Shown here one piece after another: positions 1 through 13,480 of a stretch of 64,000 nucleotides of DNA (the stretch's first letter is position 1; each line of letters begins with the position of its first letter). The position numbers were made by a program, and so were the translations under genes. The notes beneath the pieces were generated by a model, which saw only the letters and a list, made by a program, of their open reading frames with translations, was not told the DNA's origin and did not search any database. The stretch is from the human T2T-CHM13v2.0 reference genome, Homo sapiens. The DNA lies in assembly GCF_009914755.1 (NCBI RefSeq), contig NC_060926.1; one strand, 5' to 3'.

Positions 1-358
1 GGCCAAAACCAGCTTCAAGAGGGGCGTGCTGGCTGCTTTACCAGAATGAGTACAACTCCCACCTCAAACCCCAATCCCTGACAGGCAGGAGAGCCTAGAG
101 CCAGCCCACTGGGAGCCAGTCACCAGCTTGCAGGAAGGAGTGGAAGAGGAGGGAGATCCACAAAGACTAGGGGCATTTCTGAATGACAGAGTATGGCAAG
201 TCTCAATGTTTGCTGTATTCTCAATTAATTATTAATATTGTTGAGCATGAAAAAGTGTTACACGCCCTATGCTAAATGCTGAGGAAATAGCAGACAGCCT
301 GGGATCATGCCTGTAGGAGATGCATTCTATAGCAGGGAATAAAGACATTGGGCAAGTC

Positions 359-680
359 CAGGTTGAGAATCCCTTATCCAAAATGCTTGGGACCAGAAGT
401 GTTTCAGATTTCAAACTTTTTCAGATTTTGAAATATGTGCATACACGTAGTGAAATATCTTGAGTATTAGATCAAGTTTACACTCAAAATTCATTTATGT
501 TTCATATACCCCTTGTACACAGAGCCTGAAGGCAATTTTTTAATAACTTTGTGCATGAAAGTTTGTGTCAAGTACTTACATGTGGAATTCTCCACTTGCG
601 ATGTCATGTTGGCACTCAGAAAATTTCAAATTTTGGAATGTTTTGGATTTCAGATCTTTGGATTAGGTATGCTCAATCTA
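359..680. mobile_element. Tigger4/Zombi (MER46-type) TcMar DNA transposon relic
   Basis: Starts caggttgagaatcccttatccaaaatgcttgggaccagaagtg and ends ggattaggtatgctcaatcta, i.e. degenerate terminal inverted repeats, followed by TA. Matches recalled Tigger4 ends. Confidence 0.8.
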
Positions 681-729
681 TACTACACATAATTGCCAAG
701 ATAAATCAGGTGGAACCACACACAACTTT

Positions 730-907
730 GTTATTTGTTTCTTGCATTTTGCTTTTTGAGACAGGGTCTCACTTTGTTTCTCAGGCTGGAGCGCAGTGGC
801 GCAGTCACAGCTCACTGCAGTCTCAACCTCCTGGGCTGAAATAATCCTTCTGACTCAGCCTCCCAAAGTGCTGCTGGGATTACAGGCGTGAGCCACCGTG
901 CCCAGCC
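730..907 (-). mobile_element. Alu monomer (FLAM_C-like)
   Basis: T-rich tail, then gagacagggtctcact...cctcccaaagtgctg...gagccaccgtgcccagcc. Single arm only, flanked by acacaa(c/t)ttt TSD-like repeats. Confidence 0.85.
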
Positions 908-1189
908 CGTACACAATTTTTAAAGGGCAAAGTGACATCATGGGAGCAGCAGGCTTGTCCTTGCTGAGGATGTGGAGGGAATTGCAGGAATGGTTACTTC
1001 TCTACAAACAGGAGGCTCCCAGCACTGCCTTTGCTCCTTATCCCTCCCTGCTCCCAGTCAGCTTTCAGAGCCTCAGTCCAGCCTGGGGAGGGATGGTGGC
1101 AGATCTTAGACTGGATTAGATATCCCTCCTACGTGTTCCTTTTGTGATCTGTGATGTCCCCCACCACCACCATCCTTCCATAGAACTTC

Positions 1190-1350
1190 CTGTGCTATAT
1201 TTTAATTGTTTCATTGCCAGTCTCATCCATTGAATAACAAGCTCCTTGCAGGCAGAGGCATGAGAGTCTCATTCAAATTTTACCCCCAGGACCAACAGAG
1301 AATGTGAGACTTTGTTAGCCACGACTTCAAGTGCTGCCTGCTTAATGCAT
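1190..1350 (+). mobile_element. L2 3' end fragment
   Basis: Degenerate L2 tail motif: aagctccttgcaggcagaggc...cccccagg... Confidence 0.45.
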
Positions 1351-1369
1351 GTTTAGAAAAACTTCACTA

Positions 1370-1580
1370 ATAATGATAGCTGCCAGTGTTTGAACAGGCA
1401 TTGTGTGCCACATGCTGTTAAACACTTGGCAAATATTGGCTCCTCTAGCCTTTGCAATAACCTTTTGAGTCTGGCATTATTATCCCTATCAAGCAATTAA
1501 GGGATGCCCCGAAGTTCAGAGAAACTAAGTAATCTGCCCAAGGTCACACAGTGTGAGACTAGATTCAAACTCAGAACTGT
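1370..1580 (-). mobile_element. MIR SINE
   Basis: Reverse complement of the MIR core: attattatccc...gcccaaggtcacacag...gattcaaactcag. Confidence 0.8.
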
Positions 1581-3396
1581 CCCTGGACCCCACAAATGCT
1601 AGTGTGAGGTCTCCTGGAATGACAGCACAATCTCTGCAGATGCACAAGGAGAGAAAATTCCTTCTTGCCAGATGCAAAAGGAATCCAAGGAGCTTCGAGT
1701 GCTCAACAAATGCATCCACATGGAAGGCAGAAGGATTTGCAGTTGTCAAAATTGAAAGCTCCCAGAAATGGGGCTCCTAAGCCTGCAAGATCCTCCGTAA
1801 GGAGGTAAAAGCAGGAGCCAGACTCCACTCGTCTTCTCCAGGAGAAAAAGAAAAAACCTAAGCCGGGACATAGGGAGGCAGCCAGCCAAATAAAGTGGAA
1901 GGAGGCACAGGTATACGTCATCAATGTCCCTCCAGGTTATCAGCATCCCTCTTAGTCTTATCAGGGCTTCTCTCCAAAACTCAGGGCCAGCAACATGCAG
2001 CAAATCCCAGAGCTACTTCCAGACTCAATTGGGTCTGGGGAAGGAAGCAGAGAGAGAAACAGAGCATGTCACAGGTGAGGGTCAGGCACAAACTGACAGG
2101 CTAGACGCATGGGCACAAAAGTGGCAAGTGATTTACCTGCTGTCACACTGCAATCCTTAAGTGGAATGTGCTAAAACAATCTAGACTGCTCTTCCTGTGG
2201 AGGTATGTGTCTCCCTAAAGAGCCACTTCAGCCTGCTGCTTCTCCCTGTGGAAAACTAAGAGAGGAGTTTGTCATCACGGAAAGAAAGAAAAGAAGCCTG
2301 CTCATTTCATCACAAAAACTTCAGCGAGCCTATGGCAAATGGTCTCAATTCTTCCTTCCACCTGATTTATACCAAAGCCACTGTTCACCCTGATGGTGTT
2401 CAATATATCACTAGAATGAACACTGTGCATCCTGGCATTTCACCCTCCAAAGCCTTATAGAAAAATGGATGCTAATGAAGAGAACTTCCATGTTTTCCTA
2501 AGAAGACTATCAACTCTGATAATATAGAGTGCTTCAGCAGATCAATAAAAGCAATAAATCAATGCAATTTATTAAATACAACAAGCACTTTCCTAGAAAA
2601 GTGCTCAGAAATACTCCAGAATAGCATGTCACCAGCACTCAGCATGAGAACAGGTCCCAGTGGCCACTTACTTAGTATGAACAAAAGTTCAACAAATAGT
2701 TCATGAACAGATTTATAGCCAGGAACAGTGACCTTTCCAATCACCCCACCCCACCCCAATCCCAAAAGGGGTCTCCCTAGGCAGATTCTCATTGTTGCTC
2801 TTCAGACAGAGCCCCACTTACCATCCTTTCCACAGAAACACTCAGGTTGGCCCTTGAGACAGAGCTAGCCAGTGTTAGAGTGAAACAGGGTAAGTTCTAT
2901 CAGGCAAAGAAAAGCATGGATGAGGTGAGGTCAAACATAGTGAGTCTGGAGAATGTAGGGATTAACCCTCCAGTCTGCCCATTCTCTGCTCAGAGAAGAA
3001 GCAGAGAAGGGGTCTTCATCCAGGGGTCTGAAAGCCATTCCAAAGGCAAGCCTGCATCTCAGCCCTGCTCTGGACATTTAGACAGAGCTGCTTTAACAAC
3101 TCACTGGAGTGTGCCGGCCACTACTTTTCACTTCCTCCGCAAGCAAGAGTTCCTAAAACAGCTGCTAAGCTGAGGAAGATGAGAGGGCACCTCTCTCCCC
3201 AGCAATGGCAAACTGGAATTGCCATTTCCTCCCCAGATCCCTTCTGATCTTTCTCTCCAGTAAGGCCACTGAAAAGAGAAGGGTCATGGCAAGGCTCCTG
3301 TGAGGTCATGGTGCAGGTTTAGACACCCAGGGCATGACCTGAGAGCAAGCTCCTCCCCAGGCAAAGAGCCTTTGTGAAAACACTTACCTTCCTGTG

Positions 3397-3585
3397 TCAT
3401 TCATTCCCACCACCTCCTTCCCTTCCTCCCTCCTTCCATCCATCCATCCATCAATCCATCCACCCATATCTCCCTCCATTCATCTTTCCACTCACCAATC
3501 CACCCATCCATCTATCCACCAATCCATACATTCATCTATCCACTCATCTATTCACCAACTCACTTATCCAACAATCCATCCACCC
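3397..3585. repeat. Degenerate (CCAT/TCAT)n simple repeat
   Basis: Tandem ccatccatcc, ccacccat and tcat units visible directly. Confidence 0.9.
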
Positions 3586-3734
3586 TGCAAACGCTGGGGG
3601 CTCCACTACATACAAGGCTCTGTGGGGATGCAGAGTCTCTCAAGGATCTAGGGTGTAAAGCAAGTGATAAAACAGCCTGTTGACCAGCCATATGATGGAA
3701 TAGGCTGAGCTTGGCAGGCAGTTACCCCTGTGTC

Positions 3735-3862
3735 CTCATCTCAGCTGTGAGTCCTTGGGTAAGTTATCAAACCTCTCAGTGCCTCCAATGCCATATGTGG
3801 AAAAAAGGAATAACAATATACCTACCAAATAGGTTATTTGTGAAGATTACATGAGATAATGA
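3735..3862 (+). mobile_element. MIR SINE
   Basis: gctgtgagtccttgggtaagttatcaaacctctcagtgcctc...tacctacc...gtgaagattacatgagataatg matches the MIR core. Confidence 0.8.
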
Positions 3863-4049
3863 AGTGTTTCCCAAAGGGTGAGAAAACACACCATCAGTGG
3901 TACAGGAACATTTTAGTTGGCACAGGGCAAACTGTTATTTAAAATAGGTAGCTATTTTAGAAAAAAAATAACCAAACATCAAACTTATAACTTCACAGAT
4001 ATTACTACTTAAGATAAATCTAAAGTTTAAATTTAGTTTACACAGACTG

Positions 4050-5285
4050 AGAGTTAATTGCAACACACGTTACCAAGAAAAGGCTTATATCCAGAATATA
4101 TAAGAATTTCTGCAAATCAACAAAAATATTTTTTTAAAAAAAGAAAGATAAAAGACTTGAACAGACACTCACAAAAGAAAGTATCCAAATGGTCACTGTG
4201 AAAATATAACTAATCTCATTAGTAATCGGGGAATGCAAATTAAGAACACAATAGGGTATCACATTCCCAGGATGGCTACATGAAAACAAAGATAAAACTA
4301 AGTCTTGGTAAGGATGGAGGGCAATAGAAGCTTGCATACTTGCCTAACACTTGCATAGAACAGGACTGTAAATTGGTACAATAATTGGAAAACCTATTTG
4401 GCACTATCTACTAAAGCTAAACATACCCATGTTATAACCCAGCCAATATACTCCTAAGTACATGCTCAGCATAAATGTGCTTTAATAAATATGGAGATGA
4501 TGCTAATACTACTATTATTTCTAATAGCCAAAACTAGAAATAACTAAAAAGTCCATAAACAGTAGAATAAATAAATAATGTGCTGATACACACAATGGAA
4601 TACCACACAGCAATGAAAATAAATGAACCACAGCTGTATGCAACAACAGAGGTAGATTTCTCAACTATATTACTGAATTATAGGAGCCAGACTGTCTTAG
4701 TCCACCGATGCTGCTATAACAGAATACCAGAAACTGGGTAATTTATCAGAAATTTATTTCTTACAGTTCTGGAGGCTGGGAAGTCCAAGACCAAAGTACC
4801 AACAGATTTGGTGTCTGGTGAGGGTTGCTCCCTGTTCCCGAGATTCACCTCCTTGCTATGTCTTCACATGGCAGAAGGGATGAACACTGTGTCCTTACAT
4901 GGGGGAAGGCAGAAGGGCCAAATGCCTAGCTAGTCCCCTAAAGGCCCCACCTCTTATTACTGCCACAGTGGGCATTAAGTTTCAAAGTGAATTTTGGAAG
5001 GGATACAAACATTCAAACCATAGCACAGACACACACAAAAGTAAATAGACTATATGATCCCATATGTACAATGAGCAAACACAGGGCAAAATAAACAATA
5101 GTTTGAAGGTTAGGATAGAGTTACCTCTGGAGAAGCAGGAAGAGGACCTCAGAAGTGTTTCCAAGGTCCTGGCCCTGTTTCTTGACTCGAGTATTCATTT
5201 CATGATAATTTCTTGATTTCTACATTTATGCTTTTTGTACTTTTTAATATATCTCTTTTATTCATAATTTTGAAAATATTTTACA
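4050..5285 (+). mobile_element. Old L1 (L1M/L1ME-like) 3' ORF2 and 3'UTR, interrupted by an LTR
   Basis: atatccagaatatataag...gggaatgcaaattaagaacacaat...ctaaagctaaacatac...caatggaatacc are typical L1M 3' motifs. Confidence 0.8.
4693..5025 (-). mobile_element. MaLR solo LTR (MLT1A/MSTD-like)
   Basis: TG...CA ends (tgtcttagtcc...aaaccatagca) and a perfect 5-bp TSD cagac at 4688-4692 and 5026-5030. Confidence 0.9.
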
Positions 5286-5384
5286 AGGTATTTAAATATT
5301 AACACATGGGTACACGATTATAGCAAAATTGCGAGCATAATAATGATCAAAGACATGTTAGAAAGAAGTAACCTTCACAAGATA

Positions 5385-5604
5385 CAGATCCTGTTCTGTA
5401 CACTTTACATAAATTGTCTCACTTAATTGTCACAACAATCCTATGAGATACATAATACTATTAGTCCCATTTTATAGATGGGAACGCTAAGGCATGGAGA
5501 AGTTATATGACTAAGGACACTCAAGTCATCAGCAGAAAGCCAAGATTCAAACCCAGGCAATTAAGCACTGAAGTCTGTGATCTTGGCCATCACGCCACGC
5601 TGCC
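5385..5604 (-). mobile_element. MIR SINE
   Basis: cacaacaatcctatgag...cccattttatagatgggaacgctaaggc...gattcaaacccaggca. Confidence 0.85.
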
Positions 5605-7021
5605 CTCACATAAAGGACAAGCATATTAACTGGCACAGAAGAGGTCACACTCATCCTGTGATGACTCTTGTTGTTACAAATAATACTCTTTCCTTTTGAT
5701 TCACTGCGTTCTGCTCAAGAACCTGCCTGTCATTCATCACTCCTCTCTCAATTTGTTTTTTGCTTTGGTTTTGACACTCTTTCCTTCCCCTCAAATGTTG
5801 TGTCCCAATTTCAAGAAGTCTAATAAAGCACTGTCCACTTGGGATCTAGAGGATATCAAAGGCATAATAACACAGCACTTTGAAGCATAAAATAGCCAGA
5901 CTGATATCCATGAGCTATTAACCACAAGCTCAAAAGGTGGGATTTGGCTTCACCTGACAATGGCTGTCTCAGGGAGACCACCAGAAGGTTCTGGCTTAGG
6001 AGTGGGGTGCAAGCATGGACTCTGGCTCCTCTGGATCCTGCAGGAATCTGGTGCTAAAGGTAGCAGGATCACAGGGAGAGCCTGCTGTAAACAGTGGGCA
6101 CCTTCCCTCCTAGGAGAAAGCTGGAGGTGGGTGATGCAAGTGCATTTAGCATGAAGCAGGAAAAAAATGGTTCACAAATATTAGGAAAAGTAAGAAGATG
6201 CAGCCGGCATCCCAGGCCTTGAGGATGTTACCTGAACTAAACTCAAGCTGCATCTGCTCCAGGAAAGCGATGCCCTTTAAGACTGTGCGGTCATCCACCA
6301 GGGAGACGAACCCCTCCCCTCAGCACCTCCACAACCTGTTGGAAAGCCGGTTGATTTGTCATCAGAAGACCACTATTATGGCTCCGAATATCTGCACAAT
6401 CCTTTTGGTGCTAAATTTATTTGTAATCATTGCAGTGGCCTGTTTAATATAACTAATGGGCATATTCATACTAAGCAGTATGCCATTGGAAATCCCCTTC
6501 CCCCAGCTGAGAATATCCACAAAGATGCAACAAAGATGCTGAGCCAGGAAGCAACTATATCTAAAGAGACCAGGCTTTTGCACTTGAGCCCCTACCTTGG
6601 ATGGAGAAATTTTACCAAAGAAATGTCCCCACCGGACACCTGTGTGGACAGCTCCTGTACCTTCAGGCTGTGGGGACGGGGTGTCCTATTTGTGAGCTGC
6701 CATTTCTGAAAGCTTGATGACAGGGGCAGAGCCCCCCTCTGCAGGCCTCCTGCAGCGGATGTGATTTACCATGCACATTATTAATGAGCTTCATCCTAAA
6801 GTTATTCTGGCTGCATGTGGAGCTTAGAGGACTTGGGAGCACAACTTGGCAGGCAAGATAGGCTTTAAAATGCAGAACTTCTCTAGCTTGTTTAAAAAAA
6901 AGACCACAATATCAAAGAGAAAATCAGAGTGGGGGGCAGTAGCAAACAAGGGTTGGGAAGAGTAAATGAGGAAACAAAAAACTAAATATACAAATACACA
7001 CACTATATGGATATCTATATC

Positions 7022-7023
<2 letters not shown>

Positions 7024-7058
<35 letters not shown>

Positions 7059-7067
7059 GCACACACA
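7024..7067. repeat. (CA)n microsatellite
   Basis: Direct CA run with two CG interruptions. Confidence 0.95.
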
Positions 7068-9469
7068 GCTCCATTTCTGTTCTGCTCCATTCCTTCCAGC
7101 CTTGGGGCCACTCTCTTGCCAGGACCTCTCATTCTTCTCTATCTTGTCAAAAACTCAAAAACTGCAGGTCCTTCCAGACTACCTGAGTCATCTACAAAAT
7201 TCTCCCTTGAATTTCCCAGATCTCAGCACTTTTCCTCTTAGACATTCCTTCCTAATAGCCATTTGGCACTTCATTCATTTAATTATTCATCAAAACAGAT
7301 ATGGATGCCTTGCTGTGCAAGTAATTGTGGCAGACGCTAATCCCTGGGTCTTAGATAAGTCAGCTTTCCCAGTGGGTATCTTGTCTTTTTCAAGCAGCTG
7401 AGTTCCCAAAAGTAGGAAGCACCACAGGTTCATAGTCATGCTGCTCAAGGCCTGACACAATCCTTGGCACACATCAGACCCTCAGTAATACCTGCAGGAT
7501 GACCACAGTGGACTCAGCGTGATGGACGGTGACCTTGCTTGCTTTTCCACACTGACCCCTGACCGGATGTTGTCAACAGCATCATTGCCCATCTTCCAGA
7601 GGTCAGCTGGAGGCAGAGGACTGGTCCCTCAGGAGGAAGGTTCTCAGATGCTAATTCAGCTTTGCTTGTCTAAGGATCTAACCTCTGAAGAATCAAAGCC
7701 CCAAACATCATCCTGTCTCTTTAGGTCTCCTGTCTGGGGACTCTGCCTCCAAAGAACCAGGCCAGAGACACTGACAGTGATGGAGGTGAGGAGGTCAGCC
7801 ACCGATGGCTAACAACAGGCTGGCTGCTTCCAAAGATGAATGGACATTCATTCAGTGAACAAGTAAGGGCTACAAATGAGTTTGATGAATGGGGACTTCA
7901 AGAGATGATGGGAAGGGGCAGAGATTGAGACCTGGGCCCTGCCCTGTCCTCTAAAAGAAAAGACATTAAAGGTATGACATTGGAAGAATAACCAATCCTG
8001 ACATGACATGAAGTGACATAGCTATCTCAGCCCAAATCCAGGGAAGAGCTCTGAGAGGAGGCACCACCCCACTCCCCGATGGTCACAAAGGAGTCTGGTC
8101 ACACGAAGGACTTATGCAAAGTGTCCAGATACAGCCTAAATTTTTCACCATCCCAAGGGCCGGTCCAGGCTGTGAGATTCTGAATGATGAAAAATACTGT
8201 TTCCTCCAAGCTCTCTGCTACACCCAGATTTCTATCGTAGATCACTTCTGCATTTCAGAAGGAATGGAAATTTCACAGCCAGACACACTGTTCCTATCAT
8301 AAGAGGTGACAAAACAGCAGTTTGCTGGCCAAGGTAGAAAGAACTGGGGGCCCTTGGACCTTGGGCTTCATTCCTTCCTAGATCACTTCAGGGAACTGTG
8401 AGGGAAGTTTTCTTCCACTGGCAGACATCCTACTCCAAATCCCAACAGGAGTTGCTTTCTCCAAAAGAAAACTTTGGCAAACGCATCACTGTATCAGCAA
8501 GTGCATCAAAATCAGAGATGACCCAGGGTACATCTGTTTTGAGAGAATCTCCTAGTTACATCTGACAAACATCAACAACTCTGAACCTTTCCCTGCATAA
8601 GGCTTAAGTCTAGATTCCTGAATCCGGCAATAACCACGAATCTCCCTTTCCTTTTATGAAAATCTTGATGTGTGCCCAGGACTATGCTTGGTGATAGGAG
8701 GGGTCCCCTACCCACTCTGGCCCTGAATGGAGAGACAGCACAACAGCTCATCTTAGAGCGTGCATGGATCTGTCAACTTGTCCTCTTCTTTTCTGGGAAG
8801 GTTGCAGCTGGGGTTAAATAACAAATGATTACAAAACCCCTTTCTCTTTGAGATGAGAATTAATATTAATGCAATTATATGCTGATGGCTTCAGTGCTCT
8901 GCTGAAATGGATCAACATTTAAACTGTCATTTAACAAAAATAAAACCATCCTGCAATGACTATAACAATATGACAAAAGGCAAAAATGCACAAAGGACTC
9001 TACTGGGTGCCATTTTTTGCAAGACTATTCTAAGAATTAGAGTAGAGGAGAAAAAAAATGCAACTCTCCCAGTTGAAAATGTTTATTCCCATAAAAGGTA
9101 AAAGTTGGCTTATTTTTGTGAAATATTACAAATATGTTCTTAAAGTCACTGAATTCCTCAACTACCTTACCCGAAATCATTGCTTTATGGAGCTTTTAAG
9201 TCCATAAAAATACCACACTGTAGCTAAAATAGGGCCATTCACCAAGCAACAGGATTGTAAACAGGATGGCAGAGAAAGAAAGGACTCTTTCAGAACAGTG
9301 GAAAGCCACTGTCCATTTCTTACAATGCAGTTGGTGTGGTCTGGGGACAAGTGAACTGCATAAGACTCCCCACTCACAAACATCTGTGTTCCCACTCTCC
9401 AAGCTCCATATTGAGAATCGTCCCTTTGAATCTCCATCAGTTCATTGTCAAAACAAATGGATCACTCAA

Positions 9470-9645
9470 TCCTTAGACCTGTAGTGCTAGAAGGGACCCG
9501 GGTTGTCATCCAATTTAATCTGTCCAATGCACAGCTGCAAAATGCAGATCTGGAGACTCAGCCAGAGTCACACAACCAGTCATTAATAGAACTGGGATCC
9601 ATTCCAAGGCCTCTAGATGCCAAGCCTGGTACGTTGTCCATTACC
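9470..9645 (-). mobile_element. MIR/MIR3 fragment
   Basis: tagaagggacc...gtcatccaa...gagtcacacaaccag...agaactgggat. Confidence 0.5.
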
Positions 9646-9648
9646 CAA

Positions 9649-10025
9649 TATTATGGGTTGAATTGTATCCCCTCTAGAAAAAGATATGTTGGAATACTAA
9701 CTCCTAGTACCACAGAATGTGCCCTTATTTGGAGATGGGGTCTTTACAGAGGTAATCAGTTAAAATGAGATCATTAGGGTAGGCCCTAATCCAGTATGAC
9801 TGCTGTACTTTTAAAAAAGGAAATTCTGGATACAGAAACAGACACAGAGGGAAGATGTGAGGAGACAGGGAGAAAACAGCCATCTACAAGCCAAGAAGGA
9901 AGGCCTTGAACCAGTCCTTCTTTTACAGCCTCAGGAGGAACCAACCCTGCTGAGACAATAAATTTCTATTGTTTAAGGCTCCCGGCTGCAGTACTCTGCT
10001 ATGGCAGCCCAAGCAAACTTACACA
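9649..10025 (+). mobile_element. MLT1B-like MaLR solo LTR
   Basis: ttatgggttgaattgtatccc...ggccctaatccagtatgactg...gccatctacaagccaag...aataaatttc...ggcagcccaagcaaacttacaca. Confidence 0.85.
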
Positions 10026-10219
10026 CAAATATCAACTGTCCGGAGTGCAATATGTGTCTGTATAGATGTCTACATAGACATGTTGGCTTTATTCCACAGT
10101 TCAGATATCTATTAACCTTGACTTCCTTAAAAAATGAAAGAACAAAATTTTTCTAAAAGTATATTTTATAAAGCCTAGCCTTTAAAAGACACAACCTTGG
10201 TCCAAACCAAGGATAGGCC

Positions 10220-10390
10220 AACAGCCCTATGAAGTAGAGATTATTATTAACTCCATTTTTGAGATGAAGACACTTAGACACAAAGAGGTGGCAAAAACTG
10301 CCGAAGAAAAACCAATTAGTAAGGGGCAGAGCTGACTGCAAACCTAACTGTGTTTGGTTCCAGAGTAGGAGTTCCTAAGCAGTACGCTAC
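10220..10390 (-). mobile_element. MIR SINE
   Basis: acagccctatgaagtagagattattattaactccattttgagatgaagacacttagacacaaagagg. Confidence 0.75.
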
Positions 10391-10394
10391 ACAA

Positions 10395-10870
10395 GAGGTC
10401 ATGAATTGCCCATTGCTAGCAGTATTCAAACAGAAGTTGGAGGCCCACAGTGAGAGATACTTTCTAAGGAATTTCTTCCTTGAAGAACAGGGAAACTAGA
10501 GTGACTTTTTTTTGTTTTTTTTTTTTTTTTTGAGATGCAGTTTCACTCTTGTCACCCAGGCTGGCATGAAATGGCACAATCTTGGCTTACTGCAACCTCC
10601 ACCTCATGGGTTCAAGTGATTCTCCTGCCTCAGCCTCCTGAGTAGCTGGAACTACAGGCACCCACCACTACGCCCAGCTAATTTTTGCATTTTTAATAGA
10701 GACAGAGTTTCACCATGTTGACCAGGCTGGTCTCAAACTCCTGACCTCAGGTGATCCACCCGCCTCAGCCTCCCAAAGTGCTGGGATTACGGGCGTGAGC
10801 CACTGCGCCCAGCCTGGAGTGATTTTTAAGACCCTTCTAGCCTTGAACTTCCCTGAGTTTGTGATCCTAT
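10395..10870 (+). mobile_element. L3/CR1 3' end, split by an Alu
   Basis: gtattcaaacagaagttgga...actagagtga | aagacccttctagcc...gtttgtgatcctat resembles the L3 3' terminus. Confidence 0.55.
10506..10815 (-). mobile_element. AluS (Sq/Sx-like), full length
   Basis: Poly-T, dimeric Alu body ending cactgcgcccagcc, and TSD-like t(a/g)gagtga(c/t)tttt on both sides. Confidence 0.95.
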
Positions 10871-12261
10871 AATTACTGCTGGTTTGAGTAGTCAAGGGAA
10901 ATTTCAAAGAGGAAATAAGACAGGAATGAAAGTCAGAATTGGTGTGGACAAAAAGGAAATTAACAATGGGGGTGGCAGATTTCAGTAGACAGGAGGAATA
11001 GCAAGGAAAGTGTTAGTAGTTTTGAGTTCTCCAACTTTCCTAGTTAAAAGATGCCCATAGCTTCAGATCCTCCCAGATTTATGCTGAGTGTGGAGTCACT
11101 TGAGCCTCACAGTTGAGCCTCCATCCTTTGTGCAGCCTGATTATATTGTGCTGAACACTTTCAACTTCTGAAAGTTACATGTTATTATGGATGAATGTAG
11201 GGGCCAATGCTCTGAGCTCTTAATTTAGCATTTTTTGCAGCCCTAAGTTAAACACAGGCACACACATAATGCCTCTACCATGCTATGAGTTAAATTCTGC
11301 TAGCATCTGAGTGCCCACGTATCTTATATTATCCTTAATGTGAGCTACTAGCACATGCCGTGGAAAGAAAGTAGGTTTCAGAGCCCTCGGTTCCCAGAGC
11401 ACCCCCCAAATTTATGCAGAGTCAGAATCATAGTTATTGGAAGGATGGCTTTCTGTCTCTGACACAGTTCAGGCAGCAGACGTGTGTTTCTGATGAGGTA
11501 GCTGCAGAACATGAAACTTGCTCATTTTCAAGCTAAGTTTTTATTTTCTCTGGTTTCAACAAGTTGCTGTGCAGAATATCTACTCAGCATGTGGCATTTT
11601 CTTAGCATGCTTTAGAATAAGAAAGGTAGACTCCCAAACACCCCAAAAGGGTGTCTAGATCAGCGGGAGAGAAGAGCTACTCAGAAGCCTGGTGCTGGAT
11701 CCCTAGAGAGGTTCTATGAGGTGGCTGCTTAGGGGACAGGAGGGGATTCCATTCCAGCTGCTTGGCAGTGGGCGGGAGAGCAGGGGATGGGGGAAGGCTC
11801 GGTTTCCACATGCACTGGGGGAGAACAGGTGCTCACCAGGGTCTGGGGAGAGGAGCCTGGGAAGGGAGGCTCAGGCTTCACAGCCATCCCTGAAAGAGCC
11901 CTCTCCCACTTTCTAAAAAATGCTCTAAGCAAACCTTAAATTTGTCACCCTTCATCAGTTTCTGAGACACATTTGCTCATTTCTGCCAAGGAAAATAGGA
12001 ATTGCTAAAAGAGAAAACAAACAAAAGCTGGGTGATGAAATTTTGCATCTTTATGGAAGTGCTGTTGATGAGTGGTGTCTTCTAGTACTCTCTGTACCTC
12101 TTTCCAAGGTGCCAGCAAGGCCCGGCTCTCCCATTACACAGGGTTCCCTCTGAGCAGCGGATGGGACCCAACCCCCACTGACAGCCAGGAAGGTCAGAGC
12201 TCTCCTTTAGTGCTTACTTGGAAAAGCCCTCTTCATCCAAGGTTGGGTATATGTTGTACAC

Positions 12262-12302
12262 CCACCACCACCACTACCACCACCACCACCACCACCACCA
12301 CC
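12262..12302. repeat. (CAC)n trinucleotide repeat
   Basis: caccaccac run with one tac interruption. Confidence 0.95.
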
Positions 12303-12536
12303 TACCAAATGACATTTGATCATTAATTGCCTTGTTAATGATTCCATTGTGACCACATCTCTTATGGTAACCTGACTCCAAGCCTCTTTGGAAATAAGTC
12401 TGTTATAAATAATAAACACCATCAAAAATTGCTTAAGATAAAACACGAGGAGGTAGGCAAACTTGGGGGAAGAACATTCCCAGTGACTATACGAAGAAAC
12501 TTGGAGCCAGAAGAGAATGTCGAGTTCGGTGGCTCG

Positions 12537-12602
12537 TTTTTCAGATGGGAAGGCGGATGTCCAGAAAGAGAATGAAACTTGCCCAGGGTCACATAGCCAG
12601 TC
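12537..12602 (-). mobile_element. MIR core fragment
   Basis: ttttcagatgggaag...acttgcccagggtcacatagccag. Confidence 0.6.
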
Positions 12603-13244
12603 TGTGGACAAATGGACAGACATGGAGGGCACCCGACCCCAACACCATGCTCTTCCCTCACAACCACTGCATTAGGATCCATTCTGATCCATGGGGCTCC
12701 AGCCACCTCCACAGATTCAGTGACAGCCCCACTGCCTGTATCCAAAATAGAGAAAAAAGAGGACTTCTTTTCTCCCTTTTATTCTATCTGCTTTTTCTAA
12801 AGCCCTCACGCAGATTGCAATGGGTTTACTTTCTGTTGAAGATTAACATTGAGGAAAGGGGATAGCATCATCAGCCATTGCTGGAGATGTACCTGCCACA
12901 AACAAGCTATGACCACAGCATTTTCTACAAAACCATGCAGGATGTAATTAAGCATCCACAAGACCTCCCAATGCCCTGCAGTGACGTGCAAAATATACTG
13001 TTTGTCCCCAAAGTCCCACATATCTTGTGTCAAGTTTCCCTTCCTCCCAGTCTGCCAACAGCACTTCAGGGAAAGCACAGATTTCTCTTGAGAATTTGTT
13101 GCTCTGCTTGTTCTCAACTTGAAGTGACAACTCCTTGAGTGAAGAGCCTGAGGCTGCCATGAAAACAAAGAGACAGAGACAGTGTGCTCCTAAGGACAAG
13201 GAGCAGGGATGGTGAACTCTCAGTGAACTTCAGCATGTCCCTGC

Positions 13245-13480
13245 CCAGTGCCCTTCGAGCCTCCTCATCCCACACCCTCACAGGGTCAAGTTCAAACACC
13301 CTGCCTTGCCCACAAGGTCATTCCTGGCCTGCCCCTGCCTAGCCTGCAGCCACAGCTGGCTGCCCCCTGCCCTTCACCTGGCATTCCAAAGACAATGAAC
13401 TGCTTGGAGCTACCCAAACACACCAAGCCTGCTCTGCCTCTGGACCTCTGCCCCTGTGGCCTCTGCTGCCTGCCTGCCAC
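13245..13480 (+). mobile_element. L2 fragment
   Basis: caagttcaaacaccctgccttgcccacaaggtc...cctgcccctgcct...tgcctctggacctctgccc is a typical L2 3' region. Confidence 0.55.

Noticed and set aside
12262-12302. Poly-Thr or poly-Gly coding repeat
   Set aside because: It is a simple (CAC)n microsatellite with no supporting exon structure.
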